DNA of 52,793 bases from Candidatus Magasanikbacteria bacterium RIFOXYD2_FULL_41_14 (GCA_001784475.1 MFRE01000009.1:36585-89377); one strand, 5' to 3'; shown: positions 25,569-34,287, counted from the first letter of the stretch. The notes: generated by a model from the sequence alone, not told the origin. Translations and numbers: made by a program.

Positions 25569-27218
25569 ATGAGTTATTTCTTGCCGAACCTCGATTTAAT
25601 TTCAGTTGGCCTGGTTAGTGCTGCTACTGCCATTATGGGGTTTGTTATTTTTTTTAGTAATAAGCGGAGTCGGACTAATCAATTCTTTTTATTGTTTTCC
25701 TTGGTAACGATTTTATGGGGTGCTGTCAATTATTTTATTTATCAAGTTGATTCGCCGGTCTTGGCGCTTTGGCTTACTAGAGTCGTGATGTTTGCGGCCA
25801 CTTGGCAAGCTTTTTCTATATTCCAGTTATTCTACGTTTTTCCTAGCGATAAGGTTGATTTGTCAAAAAATTACAAATATTTGCTTATTCCATTAGTGGC
25901 CTTCACTTCTTTATTAACCGTGACCCCGTATTTTTTTGGTGGGATTACTGAATATACGGTTGGTCAGGCGCCAATAGTGTCTAAGGGCCCGGGTTTAATA
26001 ATGTTTGGATTACTCAGTGTAAGTTTAGTGTTAGCTGGTTTATTTTTGTTAGTAAAGAAAACTCTTCGAGCTTCTGAAAAATCACGTTTGCCGTTTATTT
26101 TTGTATTAGTTGGTACTTTTTTGACTTTTTTGCTAATTATAATTTTTAATTTTGTTCTTCCGATTTTTTTTGAGAATGTTACCTTTATACCATTTGGAGC
26201 TGTTTTTACCTTTCCTTTTATCATTTTTACCGCCTATGCTATTATTAGGCATAATTTATTAAATGTAAAAATATTAGCTGCGGAGTTTTTGGTTTTTGCA
26301 GTTTTAGCGGTGAGTTTGGTGGAGATGATTTTTTCCAATAGTTTGGTGGAAAAAATTATACGTTCCTTAATGTTTTTGACCCTTTTATTTTTTAGCGTGT
26401 TATTGGTAAGAAGTGTTAGAAAAGAAGTTGACCAAAGAGTAATTTTACAGAAATTGACTGAGGAGTTGGAGACTGCTAACGGAAAATTAAAAGAACTAGA
26501 CAAACAAAAAACCGACTTTCTTTCCATTGCCGCGCACCAATTGCGCACACCGATGTCTATCGCCAAGGGGTATCTGGAACTTTTAGAGGATGGCGCTTAT
26601 GGTAATACCAGCCCGGAGATGCTGAAGGTGTTTACTGATATGGACACATCCAATGAGCATTTGATTAAATTAATTGATCAGTTTTTGGATATTTCGCGCA
26701 TTGAACAGGGGCGCACTAAATATGATTTTAAGATGGAAAATGTGCAAGATTTGGTTGAGGGAGTTGTTAAGGAACTGCGCGCGCGTGCACACGATAAAGG
26801 TCTTAAGCTGGTTTGGAAAAAGGACGCGGATATTAAGAGCGATATTAATATTGATGCCGAGAAAATTCGCCACGTGGTATTCAATTTTATTGACAACGCG
26901 ATTAAATATAGCGAGCATGGCGACATAAAAATAGATCTTAAAATTCAAAAGCGCCGCCTTGTCGTCACGGTGAAAGATACGGGACTTGGCTTTGGTAAGG
27001 AAGACGAGGGTAGATTTTTCCAGAAGTTTTATCGTGGCGAAAATGTTAAAGGTGTGAATGTGGGCGGTACCGGCATTGGTCTTTATGTTTGCCGAATGTT
27101 TGTGGAAGAGCATAAAGGAGAGGTCTGGGCCAAAAGCGATGGTCGGGGGAAGGGGAGCGAGTTTGGTTTCTCGTTGCCAGTGGCAACTTTGGCGCAGTCA
27201 TCTGATTTGAAAAAATAG
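25569..27218 (+). CDS. Membrane sensor histidine kinase (multi-TM N-terminus)
   Basis: About 7-8 TM helices and a coiled coil precede the H-box FLSIAAHQLRTPMS, N-box FNFIDNAIKYS, G1 DTGLGFG and G2 GTGIGLY. No response regulator gene is nearby. Confidence 0.9.
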   Translation: MSYFLPNLDLISVGLVSAATAIMGFVIFFSNKRSRTNQFFLLFSLVTILWGAVNYFIYQVDSPVLALWLTRVVMFAATWQAFSIFQLFYVFPSDKVDLSKNYKYLLIPLVAFTSLLTVTPYFFGGITEYTVGQAPIVSKGPGLIMFGLLSVSLVLAGLFLLVKKTLRASEKSRLPFIFVLVGTFLTFLLIIIFNFVLPIFFENVTFIPFGAVFTFPFIIFTAYAIIRHNLLNVKILAAEFLVFAVLAVSLVEMIFSNSLVEKIIRSLMFLTLLFFSVLLVRSVRKEVDQRVILQKLTEELETANGKLKELDKQKTDFLSIAAHQLRTPMSIAKGYLELLEDGAYGNTSPEMLKVFTDMDTSNEHLIKLIDQFLDISRIEQGRTKYDFKMENVQDLVEGVVKELRARAHDKGLKLVWKKDADIKSDINIDAEKIRHVVFNFIDNAIKYSEHGDIKIDLKIQKRRLVVTVKDTGLGFGKEDEGRFFQKFYRGENVKGVNVGGTGIGLYVCRMFVEEHKGEVWAKSDGRGKGSEFGFSLPVATLAQSSDLKK

Positions 27219-27295
27219 CAGTAGTATTGGCAATTTGTTGATTGAATAATTTTGTGGTATAATAATAAAGCAATTAATTTTAAAAATTTAATTTT

Positions 27296-27784
27296 ATGAT
27301 GTTTCAAAAACCTTCACCCAGTATTGCTTTAGAAAACGAAGATGATGTTAACGGCGCGCAAATGGGAGCCGGTGGCCCCGATGAGGTGGAAACCGTAGTT
27401 GGCCCGTCTGTAAATGTAGAAGGTGATTTTGCCTCTGAAGGCAATATTATTGTGAAGGGGTCGGTATCCGGCAGTGTTCATACTAGTCGGCATTTATCGG
27501 TGGAGACGGGTGCTAAGATTATGGCCAATGTGCGAGCTGGTGGTGCGCGGATAGCCGGTGAAGTACGAGGCAATATTAAAGTAAAAGAAGATTTGGAATT
27601 GATGGCCACGGCCAGAGTCGTAGGTGATATTGAAGCCAAAGTTTTGAAGATTGATGCCGGTGCGCTGTTATTTGGCAAAGTCGCTATGCCCGGATTATCA
27701 AATACTGATAACAAATCAACTGCGCGTAGTCGGGGCAATTTATCAAAAAAAGGTGATAATCCAATTTTAGAACTGGCAGAATAG
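27296..27784 (+). CDS. Bactofilin (polymer-forming cytoskeletal protein)
   Basis: Repetitive beta-helix pattern: VEGDFASEGNIIVKGSVSGSV...IAGEVRGNIKV...VVGDIEAKVLKIDAGALLFGKV. Confidence 0.8.
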   Translation: MMFQKPSPSIALENEDDVNGAQMGAGGPDEVETVVGPSVNVEGDFASEGNIIVKGSVSGSVHTSRHLSVETGAKIMANVRAGGARIAGEVRGNIKVKEDLELMATARVVGDIEAKVLKIDAGALLFGKVAMPGLSNTDNKSTARSRGNLSKKGDNPILELAE

Positions 27785-27806
27785 TTTTGTATTTTTGATT
27801 TAGGTT

Positions 27807-28571
27807 ATGTATGTCTATTTATACGACAACTTTCTGCGTCAGAAAAAATTCGATGCGGAGATAAGGAACGTTGAAGTCCGTCTAACCGACTATGGTATTG
27901 CTGGTAAAATTTTACGACTTACCAATTATACTGATGCCAAGCAAATAATTGATGATGAGATTAAGCGGGGCGCTAAAACGGTAGTAATTGTCGGCAATGA
28001 CCACACTTTTGGCCATGTGTTATCGCGCGCGGCCACTTGTGAATGCGTTTTTGGTTTTTTACCAATTGGTCCAGAGAATACAATTGCCGAGGTATTAGGA
28101 GTGCCGGTTGGAGTTTCTGCTTGTGATGTATTGGCGCGTCGGCGTCGGGAGAAATTAGATATTGGTTGGATGAACAATCGTTATTTTGTCTCACGTTTGC
28201 AAGTTAAGGCAGCGGCGGTGCGGGTAATTTATGACAGTAAATTTTCAGTGGCAGCCAATGATTTAATGGAGGTGGTTGTTTGTAATTTACAGCCATTTTA
28301 CTGGAAACGAGACCGCGATGATTTAGAACCAAGAGTTGTTCATCCTCAGGATGGAAAATTGGAAGCATTTTTGCGTCCCTTGACAAAGAAGCGGTTTTGG
28401 GGATATAAATATGAAAGCCCCAGTGTCTTTCCTTTTGAAGAGATGGAGATTGTCGGCAAAACCCCTTTTACGCTTGAGGCCGATGGTAAGATATCCAAAG
28501 AGTTAAAAGTAAAAATTAAATTAGCGCACGGGAAAATAGATATGGTGGTAGGGAGGAATCGCAAGTTTTAA
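27807..28571 (+). CDS. Diacylglycerol/lipid kinase family (YegS/BmrU-like) protein with degenerate GGDGT motif
   Basis: VVIVGNDHTFGHVL...FGFLPIGPENTIAEVLGVP matches the DAGK catalytic-domain pattern, but GGDGT is replaced by GNDHT. Confidence 0.55.
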   Translation: MYVYLYDNFLRQKKFDAEIRNVEVRLTDYGIAGKILRLTNYTDAKQIIDDEIKRGAKTVVIVGNDHTFGHVLSRAATCECVFGFLPIGPENTIAEVLGVPVGVSACDVLARRRREKLDIGWMNNRYFVSRLQVKAAAVRVIYDSKFSVAANDLMEVVVCNLQPFYWKRDRDDLEPRVVHPQDGKLEAFLRPLTKKRFWGYKYESPSVFPFEEMEIVGKTPFTLEADGKISKELKVKIKLAHGKIDMVVGRNRKF

Positions 28572-28579
28572 TTTAAGAA

Positions 28580-28663
28580 GCGCGGGTGGCGAAACTGGTA
28601 GACGCACTACCTTGAGGTGGTAACGCCCGCAAGGGCATGGAGGTTCGAGTCCTCTCCCGCGCA
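28580..28663 (+). tRNA. tRNA-Leu (GAG)
   Basis: The acceptor stem is gcgcggg/cccgcgc, the anticodon loop is ttGAGgt, and the T-arm is ggagg-ttcgagt-cctct. There is a long variable arm. CCA is not encoded. Confidence 0.9.
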
Positions 28664-28701
28664 CGAGCGACCCAATAGTTTGGATTTATAAACTTATTCC
28701 T

Positions 28702-28947
28702 ATGTCTCATATAATTATTGGCTTTATAATTGCGGCTGTTGGTTCATCGCTGATTTTAAAGACACAGTGGTTTTTGGAAAATTTTGGTTCCAATGCTTGG
28801 GCGGAAGAAAAGTTTGGTACCAGTGGCGGTAGTCGTTTGTTTTACAAATTGCTCGGTTTGTTTGGTATTTTTATCGGTTTTTTAATAGTGACCAACATGT
28901 TTTCTGGTTTTTTGGCCGCTACCGTCGGAAAATTATTAGTCAGATAA
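28702..28947 (+). CDS. Small membrane protein, hypothetical
   Basis: 81 aa with two hydrophobic helices. Confidence 0.5.
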   Translation: MSHIIIGFIIAAVGSSLILKTQWFLENFGSNAWAEEKFGTSGGSRLFYKLLGLFGIFIGFLIVTNMFSGFLAATVGKLLVR

Positions 28948-28957
28948 TTTTTTTTGT

Positions 28958-29503
28958 ATGTTGTCAACTGGCGTAGCGCTCATTGATCCTCAAAAAATAT
29001 TGGAACGCATTGGTCTGGTGCGAGGCATGCGTTTGGCCGATTTTGGTTGTGGTCGCACTGGTCATTTTATTTTTCCGGCTGCAAGACTAGTAGAAGATGT
29101 TGGTTTGGTTTACGCGATTGATATTTTGCGCGAGGTGTTGGACAGTATCAAGAGCCGGGCGCGCTCCGAAGGATATGATAATGTACAATTAGTTTGGTCT
29201 GACATTGAAGCGGTTGGCAAAACTCCAATTCCGGAAGGAAGTTTAGATGTTTGTTTAATTGTTAATGTTTTAAATCAGTTAAAGAATAAGACCGCCGGCC
29301 TAAGTGAGTGCGCGCGTCTTTTAAAACCAGGAGGGTTACTGGTTATAATTGACTGGCAGAAACGGATTGGTCGTTTGGGACCGGCCGAAGAACATATGAT
29401 ATCTCCCGCCGACATTTTGGGGTTGACTGGTACGCTTGGTTTTTCAGAGCTTGACAATTTTGCCGCCGGCGACTATCATTACTGCTTAGTATTAAAGAAA
29501 TAA
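28958..29503 (+). CDS. Class I SAM-dependent methyltransferase
   Basis: LADFGCGRTGHF (motif I) and LKPGGLLVIIDW (post-II motif). Confidence 0.75.
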   Translation: MLSTGVALIDPQKILERIGLVRGMRLADFGCGRTGHFIFPAARLVEDVGLVYAIDILREVLDSIKSRARSEGYDNVQLVWSDIEAVGKTPIPEGSLDVCLIVNVLNQLKNKTAGLSECARLLKPGGLLVIIDWQKRIGRLGPAEEHMISPADILGLTGTLGFSELDNFAAGDYHYCLVLKK

Positions 29504-29505
29504 TT

Positions 29506-29901
29506 ATGCATTTAAATAATTTGTTACATTACTCTTATTGGTTTGGCCAGCCATTTATGGCGCGGGGCACAACCTTTTCATTATTAGTTGGCATTTTTTT
29601 AATTTTGGTTTTAATTGGTTTGTTGGCTAAAATTTGGCGTGTTTATCGTGTTGAAAATTGGCAAAAGGAAGTTTTACGCCGTTTGGGAAATTTTGGTTTG
29701 ACGATTGGCATTTTAGGATTGATTTGGCTATTTCTTCGCCAAAATGAAGTTTTTTTCTTAGGACTGCGTTTTTGGTTGCTTTTGGGGTTTTTGGTTTCTG
29801 TTTGGTGGGTGTATCGGATTGTTTGGTATTTGGTCGCACGTGTACCAAAAATTAAAGCCGAAATTGCTCAGCGCGCAGTAAAGGAAAAGTATCTGCCATA
29901 A
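29506..29901 (+). CDS. Membrane protein, hypothetical
   Basis: 131 aa with three or four TM helices. Confidence 0.5.
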   Translation: MHLNNLLHYSYWFGQPFMARGTTFSLLVGIFLILVLIGLLAKIWRVYRVENWQKEVLRRLGNFGLTIGILGLIWLFLRQNEVFFLGLRFWLLLGFLVSVWWVYRIVWYLVARVPKIKAEIAQRAVKEKYLP

Positions 29902-29907
29902 ATTTAT

Positions 29908-30264
29908 ATGGTAAGAGGGGGGAAGAAAAAAATCGGGGAGTGGGGAGAAAATTTGGCGTGCGCGTTTTTGTGCCGCCGCGGTTTTAAAATCATTGAGCGA
30001 AATTATTATACCACTGTCGGAGAAATTGACATCGTCGCTAAACTCGGCGATGATTTTTATTTTGTGGAAGTCAAAACTCGTCGAGCGGGGGAAATGGCCA
30101 ATGATTTGGCGATAACAGCTGAAAAATGGCGCAGATTTGAGAAAACAGTAGGTCGTTATTGCTGTAAACATCAGATTGAAGGCGGAATTATTTTAGCGGC
30201 TTTAATTGTTGCTTTTGATAGGGTGGGTGGCACTGTCCATTTTAGTCTTATACCCAAATATTAA
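29908..30264 (+). CDS. YraN family endonuclease (UPF0102)
   Basis: GEWGENLACAFLCRRGFKIIERNY....GEIDIVA....FVEVKTR is the YraN signature. Confidence 0.85.
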   Translation: MVRGGKKKIGEWGENLACAFLCRRGFKIIERNYYTTVGEIDIVAKLGDDFYFVEVKTRRAGEMANDLAITAEKWRRFEKTVGRYCCKHQIEGGIILAALIVAFDRVGGTVHFSLIPKY

Positions 30265-30353
30265 CTTGATTAATTTAAGGGGTTGACTGTTTTGATAAAA
30301 GTATGTATAATATAGCCAATTAAAAAATAACAATCTATTTAAGTAATAAATAT

Positions 30354-30926
30354 ATGAATTTTAAAACCGAACGAACCTATGTCATGGTAAAACCCGATGG
30401 AGTTAAGAAAGGCCTAATTGGTGAGATTATCCGCCGTTTTGAACAGCGTGATTTGAAAATTGTGGCGTTGGAAATGTTTCAACCAACCAAAGAACAAATT
30501 GATGGCCATTATCCAAAAGATGATGCTTGGGTTGCCCGTTTAGGTCAAAAGACGTTGGGTACTTATGAAAAATACGGTTTAGATGTGGCTAAAGAGTTGG
30601 GGACAGCTAATGATTTAGAAATTGGTCGGATGGTAAGAGGGTGGGTCGTTGATTATATGGTCTCCGCTCCACTCGTACGTATGGTGGTAGAAGGTGTGCA
30701 TGCAGTTGATATGGTGCGCAAAATTGCCGGTGCCACGTTGCCGTATTTAGCTGATATGGGAACTATTCGCGGTGATTATTCAGCCGATTCTCCGGCAGTG
30801 GCTAACTCTGAACGTCGCGCCGTTATGAACTTAGTTCATGCTTCGGAAACTTCTGCTGAGGCCCAACATGAAGTTGAGTTTTGGTTTGGTAAGAGAGATG
30901 TCATATTTCCTTACGACAGATTTTAA
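30354..30926 (+). CDS. ndk: Nucleoside diphosphate kinase (long form with insertion)
   Basis: ERTYVMVKPDGV, IRGDY and NLVHASE (catalytic His). An extra segment of about 40 aa is present relative to the classical ~140-aa Ndk. Confidence 0.88.
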   Translation: MNFKTERTYVMVKPDGVKKGLIGEIIRRFEQRDLKIVALEMFQPTKEQIDGHYPKDDAWVARLGQKTLGTYEKYGLDVAKELGTANDLEIGRMVRGWVVDYMVSAPLVRMVVEGVHAVDMVRKIAGATLPYLADMGTIRGDYSADSPAVANSERRAVMNLVHASETSAEAQHEVEFWFGKRDVIFPYDRF

Positions 30927-30954
30927 TTGTATCTGTTGTTAATTTTTATAATAA

Positions 30955-30988
30955 AAATACCCCTTTAATTAATAGGGGCATTTTTATT
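30955..30988. terminator. Hairpin between convergent ndk and rpmB
   Basis: cccct-ttaattaat-agggg is followed by catttttattt and preceded by an A-run. Confidence 0.45.
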
Positions 30989-30997
30989 TGAAGTTTT

Positions 30998-31174
30998 TTA
31001 TTTTTTGTCCTTTGCCAGAGTCCGGCGACAGGTGGAGCATACTTTGGCAGTAGCTCCGCCGACGGTTAAGGCCTGTAAATTCGGATGCTGACGGCGTGGA
31101 ACGCGGCGTTTGGAGTGGCTAACTGAGTTAGCGCGGGCCGAGCCCTTTTTGCATAGGTCACAAGTTCTGCTCAT
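30998..31174 (-). CDS. rpmB: 50S ribosomal protein L28
   Basis: MSRTCDLCKKGSARANSVSHSKRRVPRRQHPNLQ is typical of L28. The start at internal M25 (31174) is preferred over the track start. Confidence 0.9.
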   Translation of the reverse strand: MSRTCDLCKKGSARANSVSHSKRRVPRRQHPNLQALTVGGATAKVCSTCRRTLAKDKK

Positions 31175-31232
31175 AGTATTTGCGTGTTTATATTTAAAAA
31201 GGTATAATATATGGGATATTATAATTGATTTA

Positions 31233-31853
31233 ATGGTTTTTGTCAATATGAATGTTATTTCTTTGCTTTTTTACTTTATTGTTATTATTCCATCGGCCAT
31301 TATCCATGAGTATGCCCACGGTTGGATGGCTGACCGTCTTGGTGATCCAACGGCACGTTATGCCGGTCGCCTTACTATTGATCCGCGCCCCCATATAGAT
31401 ATTTGGGGCACTCTTCTGATGCCACTTGTGTTATTCTTTTTTACTGGTGGTCGGTTTCTGTTTGCCTATGCCAAACCAGTGCCATATAATCCATATAATT
31501 TACGTTATCACAAATGGGGTCCTGCTTTGGTAGGTGTGGCTGGTCCATTGGCAAATTTTATGTTGGCAGCGGTGTTTGCGCTATTGGTGAGGATATTGCC
31601 GGTCTCAACTTTTTCTCAGCTTTTAGCAATTGTGGTGCAAGCTAACTTAGTTTTAATGGTATTTAATTTAGTACCAATTCCGCCTTTGGATGGCTCCAAA
31701 ATTTTATACGCATTTTTGCCGGAATCAGCTCGAGAAGTAAAAATTTTTTTAGATCGGTATGGTGTTGTCCTATTATTATTTTTTATTTTTTTCTTGTTTA
31801 ATTTGATTTTACCAATAATAGACGCCTTGTTTTACTTTTTAGTTTATTCCTAA
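31233..31853 (+). CDS. Site-2 protease family (M50) membrane metalloprotease
   Basis: HEYAHGWMA (HExxH) in a TM helix, and NLVPIPPLDGSK. The start is 31233 or 31248. The track start at 31110 overlaps rpmB antisense and is unlikely. Confidence 0.85.
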   Translation: MVFVNMNVISLLFYFIVIIPSAIIHEYAHGWMADRLGDPTARYAGRLTIDPRPHIDIWGTLLMPLVLFFFTGGRFLFAYAKPVPYNPYNLRYHKWGPALVGVAGPLANFMLAAVFALLVRILPVSTFSQLLAIVVQANLVLMVFNLVPIPPLDGSKILYAFLPESAREVKIFLDRYGVVLLLFFIFFLFNLILPIIDALFYFLVYS

Positions 31854-31862
31854 TATTTTTAT

Positions 31863-32207
31863 ATGAAATTATTGTTACGTTGGTTTATAAATGCCGCGGC
31901 GATAATAATTATTGCCAGTTATTTGCCGGGATTGGCAGTGTCTGGTTTTTATGCAGCTTTAGTAACGGCTTTAATTTTAGGTCTGGTAAACGCTCTCATT
32001 AGGCCAGTAGTGCTTTTTTTTACTTTACCGGTAAATATTTTAACTTTGGGATTGTTTACTTTTGTGGTCAATGCGCTCATGTTGTGGCTCGTATCATCAA
32101 TTGTTAAAGGGTTTTATGTAGCCGGGTTTGCGAGTGCGTTCTGGGCGGCTTTGATTTTGTGGTTGGTAAGTTGGTTTACTAATGTGCTTTTGAAAAAAAA
32201 TAGGTAG
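31863..32207 (+). CDS. Phage holin family IV / DUF360 membrane protein
   Basis: LLRWFINAAAIIIIASYLPG...LGLVNALIRPVVLFFTLPVNILTLGLFTFVVNALMLWL matches the DUF360 pattern. Confidence 0.75.
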   Translation: MKLLLRWFINAAAIIIIASYLPGLAVSGFYAALVTALILGLVNALIRPVVLFFTLPVNILTLGLFTFVVNALMLWLVSSIVKGFYVAGFASAFWAALILWLVSWFTNVLLKKNR

Positions 32208-32213
32208 ATAAGA

Positions 32214-32243
32214 TTTATGTCCGTACACGTGTACGGACATAAA
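32214..32243. repeat. Perfect 30-nt palindrome, copy 1 of 3 (core ATGTCCGTACACGTGTACGGACAT)
   Basis: tttatgtccgtacacgtgtacggacataaa, 7 nt after the stop of the upstream gene. Confidence 0.95.
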
Positions 32244-32256
32244 ATTTAGTAAAATT

Positions 32257-32400
32257 ATGAAAAACTATTCATCCAATCGCGCACAAAAGGGTAAAACTGC
32301 CTATCGCACCCCCAGTCGGCGATTGGCTTTGAGGTCATTTGCAAAAGTAACTGTTAAAAATGCTAATTTTGATAATTTAAAATATGGCGATAAAAAATAA
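32257..32400 (+). CDS. Possible small basic protein (47 aa), speculative
   Basis: ATG..TAA ORF reading MKNYSSNRAQKGKTAYRTPSRRLALRSFAKVTVKNANFDNLKYGDKK. It is below the track threshold, overlaps the pyrH start by 17 nt, and has no family I recognise. Confidence 0.2.
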   Translation: MKNYSSNRAQKGKTAYRTPSRRLALRSFAKVTVKNANFDNLKYGDKK

Positions 32401-33076
32401 TAAGATAGTGGTAATTTCTTTGGGAGGTTCTTTGATTGCCCCTCCCGGCGGAGTGGATATATTTTTTTTAAAAAAATTTCGTAAACTTATTTTTGATTTT
32501 GTAAAAAAAAGATATAAGTTTGTGATCGTTTGTGGTGGGGGAGATGCCTGTCGTAAATATCAAGTGGCCGCAAAAGAAGTGGCTGGACTTTCCGGTAAAG
32601 ACTTGGATTGGGTGGGAATATATGTTACTTGGTTGCACGCTAATTTTGTGCGCGGATTATTGGGGGGCATCGCTGGTGCTAATATTATCACCGACCCGAC
32701 AGTAAAATTAAATTGGAATAGTAAAGTTTTGGTAGCTGGGGGTTGGATGCCCGGTTGCTCTACTGATTTTGATGCTGTTAAATTGGCGCAGGGTTTGGGC
32801 GCTGGGACAGTAATAAATATCTCAAATGTGGATTATGTTTACGATCGTGATCCTAAAATAACGGGCGCAAAAAAAATAGAAAAAATGAATTGGAAAGATC
32901 TGCAAAAAATTGTTGGCACTAAATGGTCGCCGGGAGCACATGTCCCTTTTGATCCAATTGCCACTAAGCTGGGCGCGCAGTTGGGAGTTGTTTTAAAATT
33001 TGTTAGTGGAGCTGATTTACTTCAGGTGAGTCGAGCGATAGTTGGGGATAAGTTTAAAGGGACTATTGTTGGATAG
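32384..33076 (+). CDS. pyrH: UMP kinase, archaeal-type
   Basis: It aligns by eye with archaeal UMPK: VISLGGS, VIVCGGGDACRKY, VAGGWMPGCSTDFDA and NVDYVYDRDPK. Confidence 0.85.
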   Translation: MAIKNNKIVVISLGGSLIAPPGGVDIFFLKKFRKLIFDFVKKRYKFVIVCGGGDACRKYQVAAKEVAGLSGKDLDWVGIYVTWLHANFVRGLLGGIAGANIITDPTVKLNWNSKVLVAGGWMPGCSTDFDAVKLAQGLGAGTVINISNVDYVYDRDPKITGAKKIEKMNWKDLQKIVGTKWSPGAHVPFDPIATKLGAQLGVVLKFVSGADLLQVSRAIVGDKFKGTIVG

Positions 33077-33109
33077 TTGGGTGTTTTTAAAGCCTTTTGG
33101 CCTACCCCC

Positions 33110-33137
33110 TTGACAAAATATTATTATTTGATATAAT
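33110..33137 (+). promoter_or_regulatory. Sigma70-type promoter of the rplJL operon
   Basis: TTGACA (33110-33115), a 16-nt spacer, then TATAAT (33132-33137). Confidence 0.65.
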
Positions 33138-33139
33138 GA

Positions 33140-33253
33140 ACGCACCATAGACAGCAGGTACCGCCACTTTGGCGATTTAATTTCCTGCCGAGGTGCAAAC
33201 AAATCATAAGGTCGATTTGCGCTAGGTCTGTGGTTCTAAGGAACCACTTTTTT
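33140..33253 (+). promoter_or_regulatory. Ribosomal protein L10 leader-like element with terminator/attenuator hairpin
   Basis: agacagcagg...cgcca-ctt-tggcg...cctgccgagg resembles the L10(L12)4 binding-site mimic. The hairpin gtggttc-taag-gaaccac plus T6 (33230-33253) lies 10 nt before the rplJ ATG. Confidence 0.55.
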
Positions 33254-33263
33254 ATTAGGTTTT

Positions 33264-33785
33264 ATGCCAAAAAATAGACAACAAAAGGAAACCGATGTAC
33301 AGTCGTTGGCAGATGGTATCAAATCTGCCCAATCCACTGTTTTTGCTAATTTTCAGGGTTTGAAAGTTTCTGAAGCAGAGGAATTACGACGTAATTGTCG
33401 TAAGGAAAACGTAGCTGTATTAGCCACCAAAAAAACGCTGTTGCGCCGTGCTTTGGAAGGGCTGGGATTAACCAGTACTGACCCGAGTACTTTTGAGGGC
33501 GGAGTGGCCGCTTTTATGGGTAATGACGAGGTATCAGCTGCGAAGATTGTCGCGAATTTTGCCAAGACACATGATATCGTAACTATTTACGGCGGTGTTT
33601 TGGAGGGTAAATTTGTAGACGCCAATCGTATTAAAGCCCTGGCAACATTACCGAGCCGCACAGAATTACTAGGCAGATTAGTTGGCACATTAAACGCCCC
33701 GATATCGGGTTTTGTAAATGTGCTTGCTGGCAATTTACGCGGTTTAGTTTCGGTGTTAAATAACATTAAAGAAGTTAAAGTTTAA
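33264..33785 (+). CDS. rplJ: 50S ribosomal protein L10
   Basis: Its position upstream of rplL, plus [17 protein letters not shown] and [10 protein letters not shown]. Confidence 0.92.
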   Translation: MPKNRQQKETDVQSLADGIKSAQSTVFANFQGLKVSEAEELRRNCRKENVAVLATKKTLLRRALEGLGLTSTDPSTFEGGVAAFMGNDEVSAAKIVANFAKTHDIVTIYGGVLEGKFVDANRIKALATLPSRTELLGRLVGTLNAPISGFVNVLAGNLRGLVSVLNNIKEVKV

Positions 33786-33801
33786 TTTAATTTATATTTA
33801 T

Positions 33802-34209
33802 ATGTCAGACGAACAAAAAGTAGTTGAGGTGCCGGAAAAATTTAAGGCCATCGTCAGCGAAGTTGAGAAAATGTCCGTTTTGGATCTTTCTGAACTGGTA
33901 AAAGTATTGGAAGAGAAATTTGGCGTATCCGCCGCCGCTCCGGCCATGATGATGGCTGCCGCCCCTGGCGCCGCTGTTGGCGCCGCCGTGGAAGAGAAAA
34001 CTGAATTTGACGTTGAGTTAACTGAAACTGGTGCCAGCAAGATCAATGTGATCAAAGCTGTCAAAGAAGTTACTGGTCTTGGTTTAGCCGACGCAAAGGC
34101 ACTGGTAGATGGTGCACCCAAAATGATTAAAGAAGGGGTAAAGAAAGAAGATGCCGAGGCCATGAAGAAAAAGATTGAAGAGGCTGGTGGCAAAGTAACA
34201 TTGAAATAA
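33802..34209 (+). CDS. rplL: 50S ribosomal protein L7/L12
   Basis: An Ala-rich hinge, plus [28 protein letters not shown] and EAGGKVTLK. Confidence 0.97.
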   Translation: MSDEQKVVEVPEKFKAIVSEVEKMSVLDLSELVKVLEEKFGVSAAAPAMMMAAAPGAAVGAAVEEKTEFDVELTETGASKINVIKAVKEVTGLGLADAKALVDGAPKMIKEGVKKEDAEAMKKKIEEAGGKVTLK

Positions 34210-34233
34210 GATTTTACCAATTTTACGGTAACT

Positions 34234-34265
34234 AAAAATCCTCCGCCAACTGGCGAAGGATTTTT
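34234..34265. terminator. Intrinsic terminator (bidirectional) after rplL
   Basis: aaaaatcctccgcc-aact-ggcgaaggattttt. Confidence 0.8.
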
Positions 34266-34287
34266 AGTTAGATATTATTTGAGTTGA

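Noticed and set aside
31110-31232. Upstream extension of the M50 protease ORF
   Set aside because: It runs antisense through the rpmB coding region and the likely promoter. The conserved protease begins near 31233 or 31248.
33798-34220. 140-aa minus-strand ORF antisense to rplL, plus similar antisense or alternate-frame ORFs inside valS, the HK-like gene, tyrS, argS, gpmI, mreB, the M16 peptidase and DUF1189
   Set aside because: These are shadow ORFs fully contained in strongly supported genes. Their composition is low-complexity and they have no motifs.
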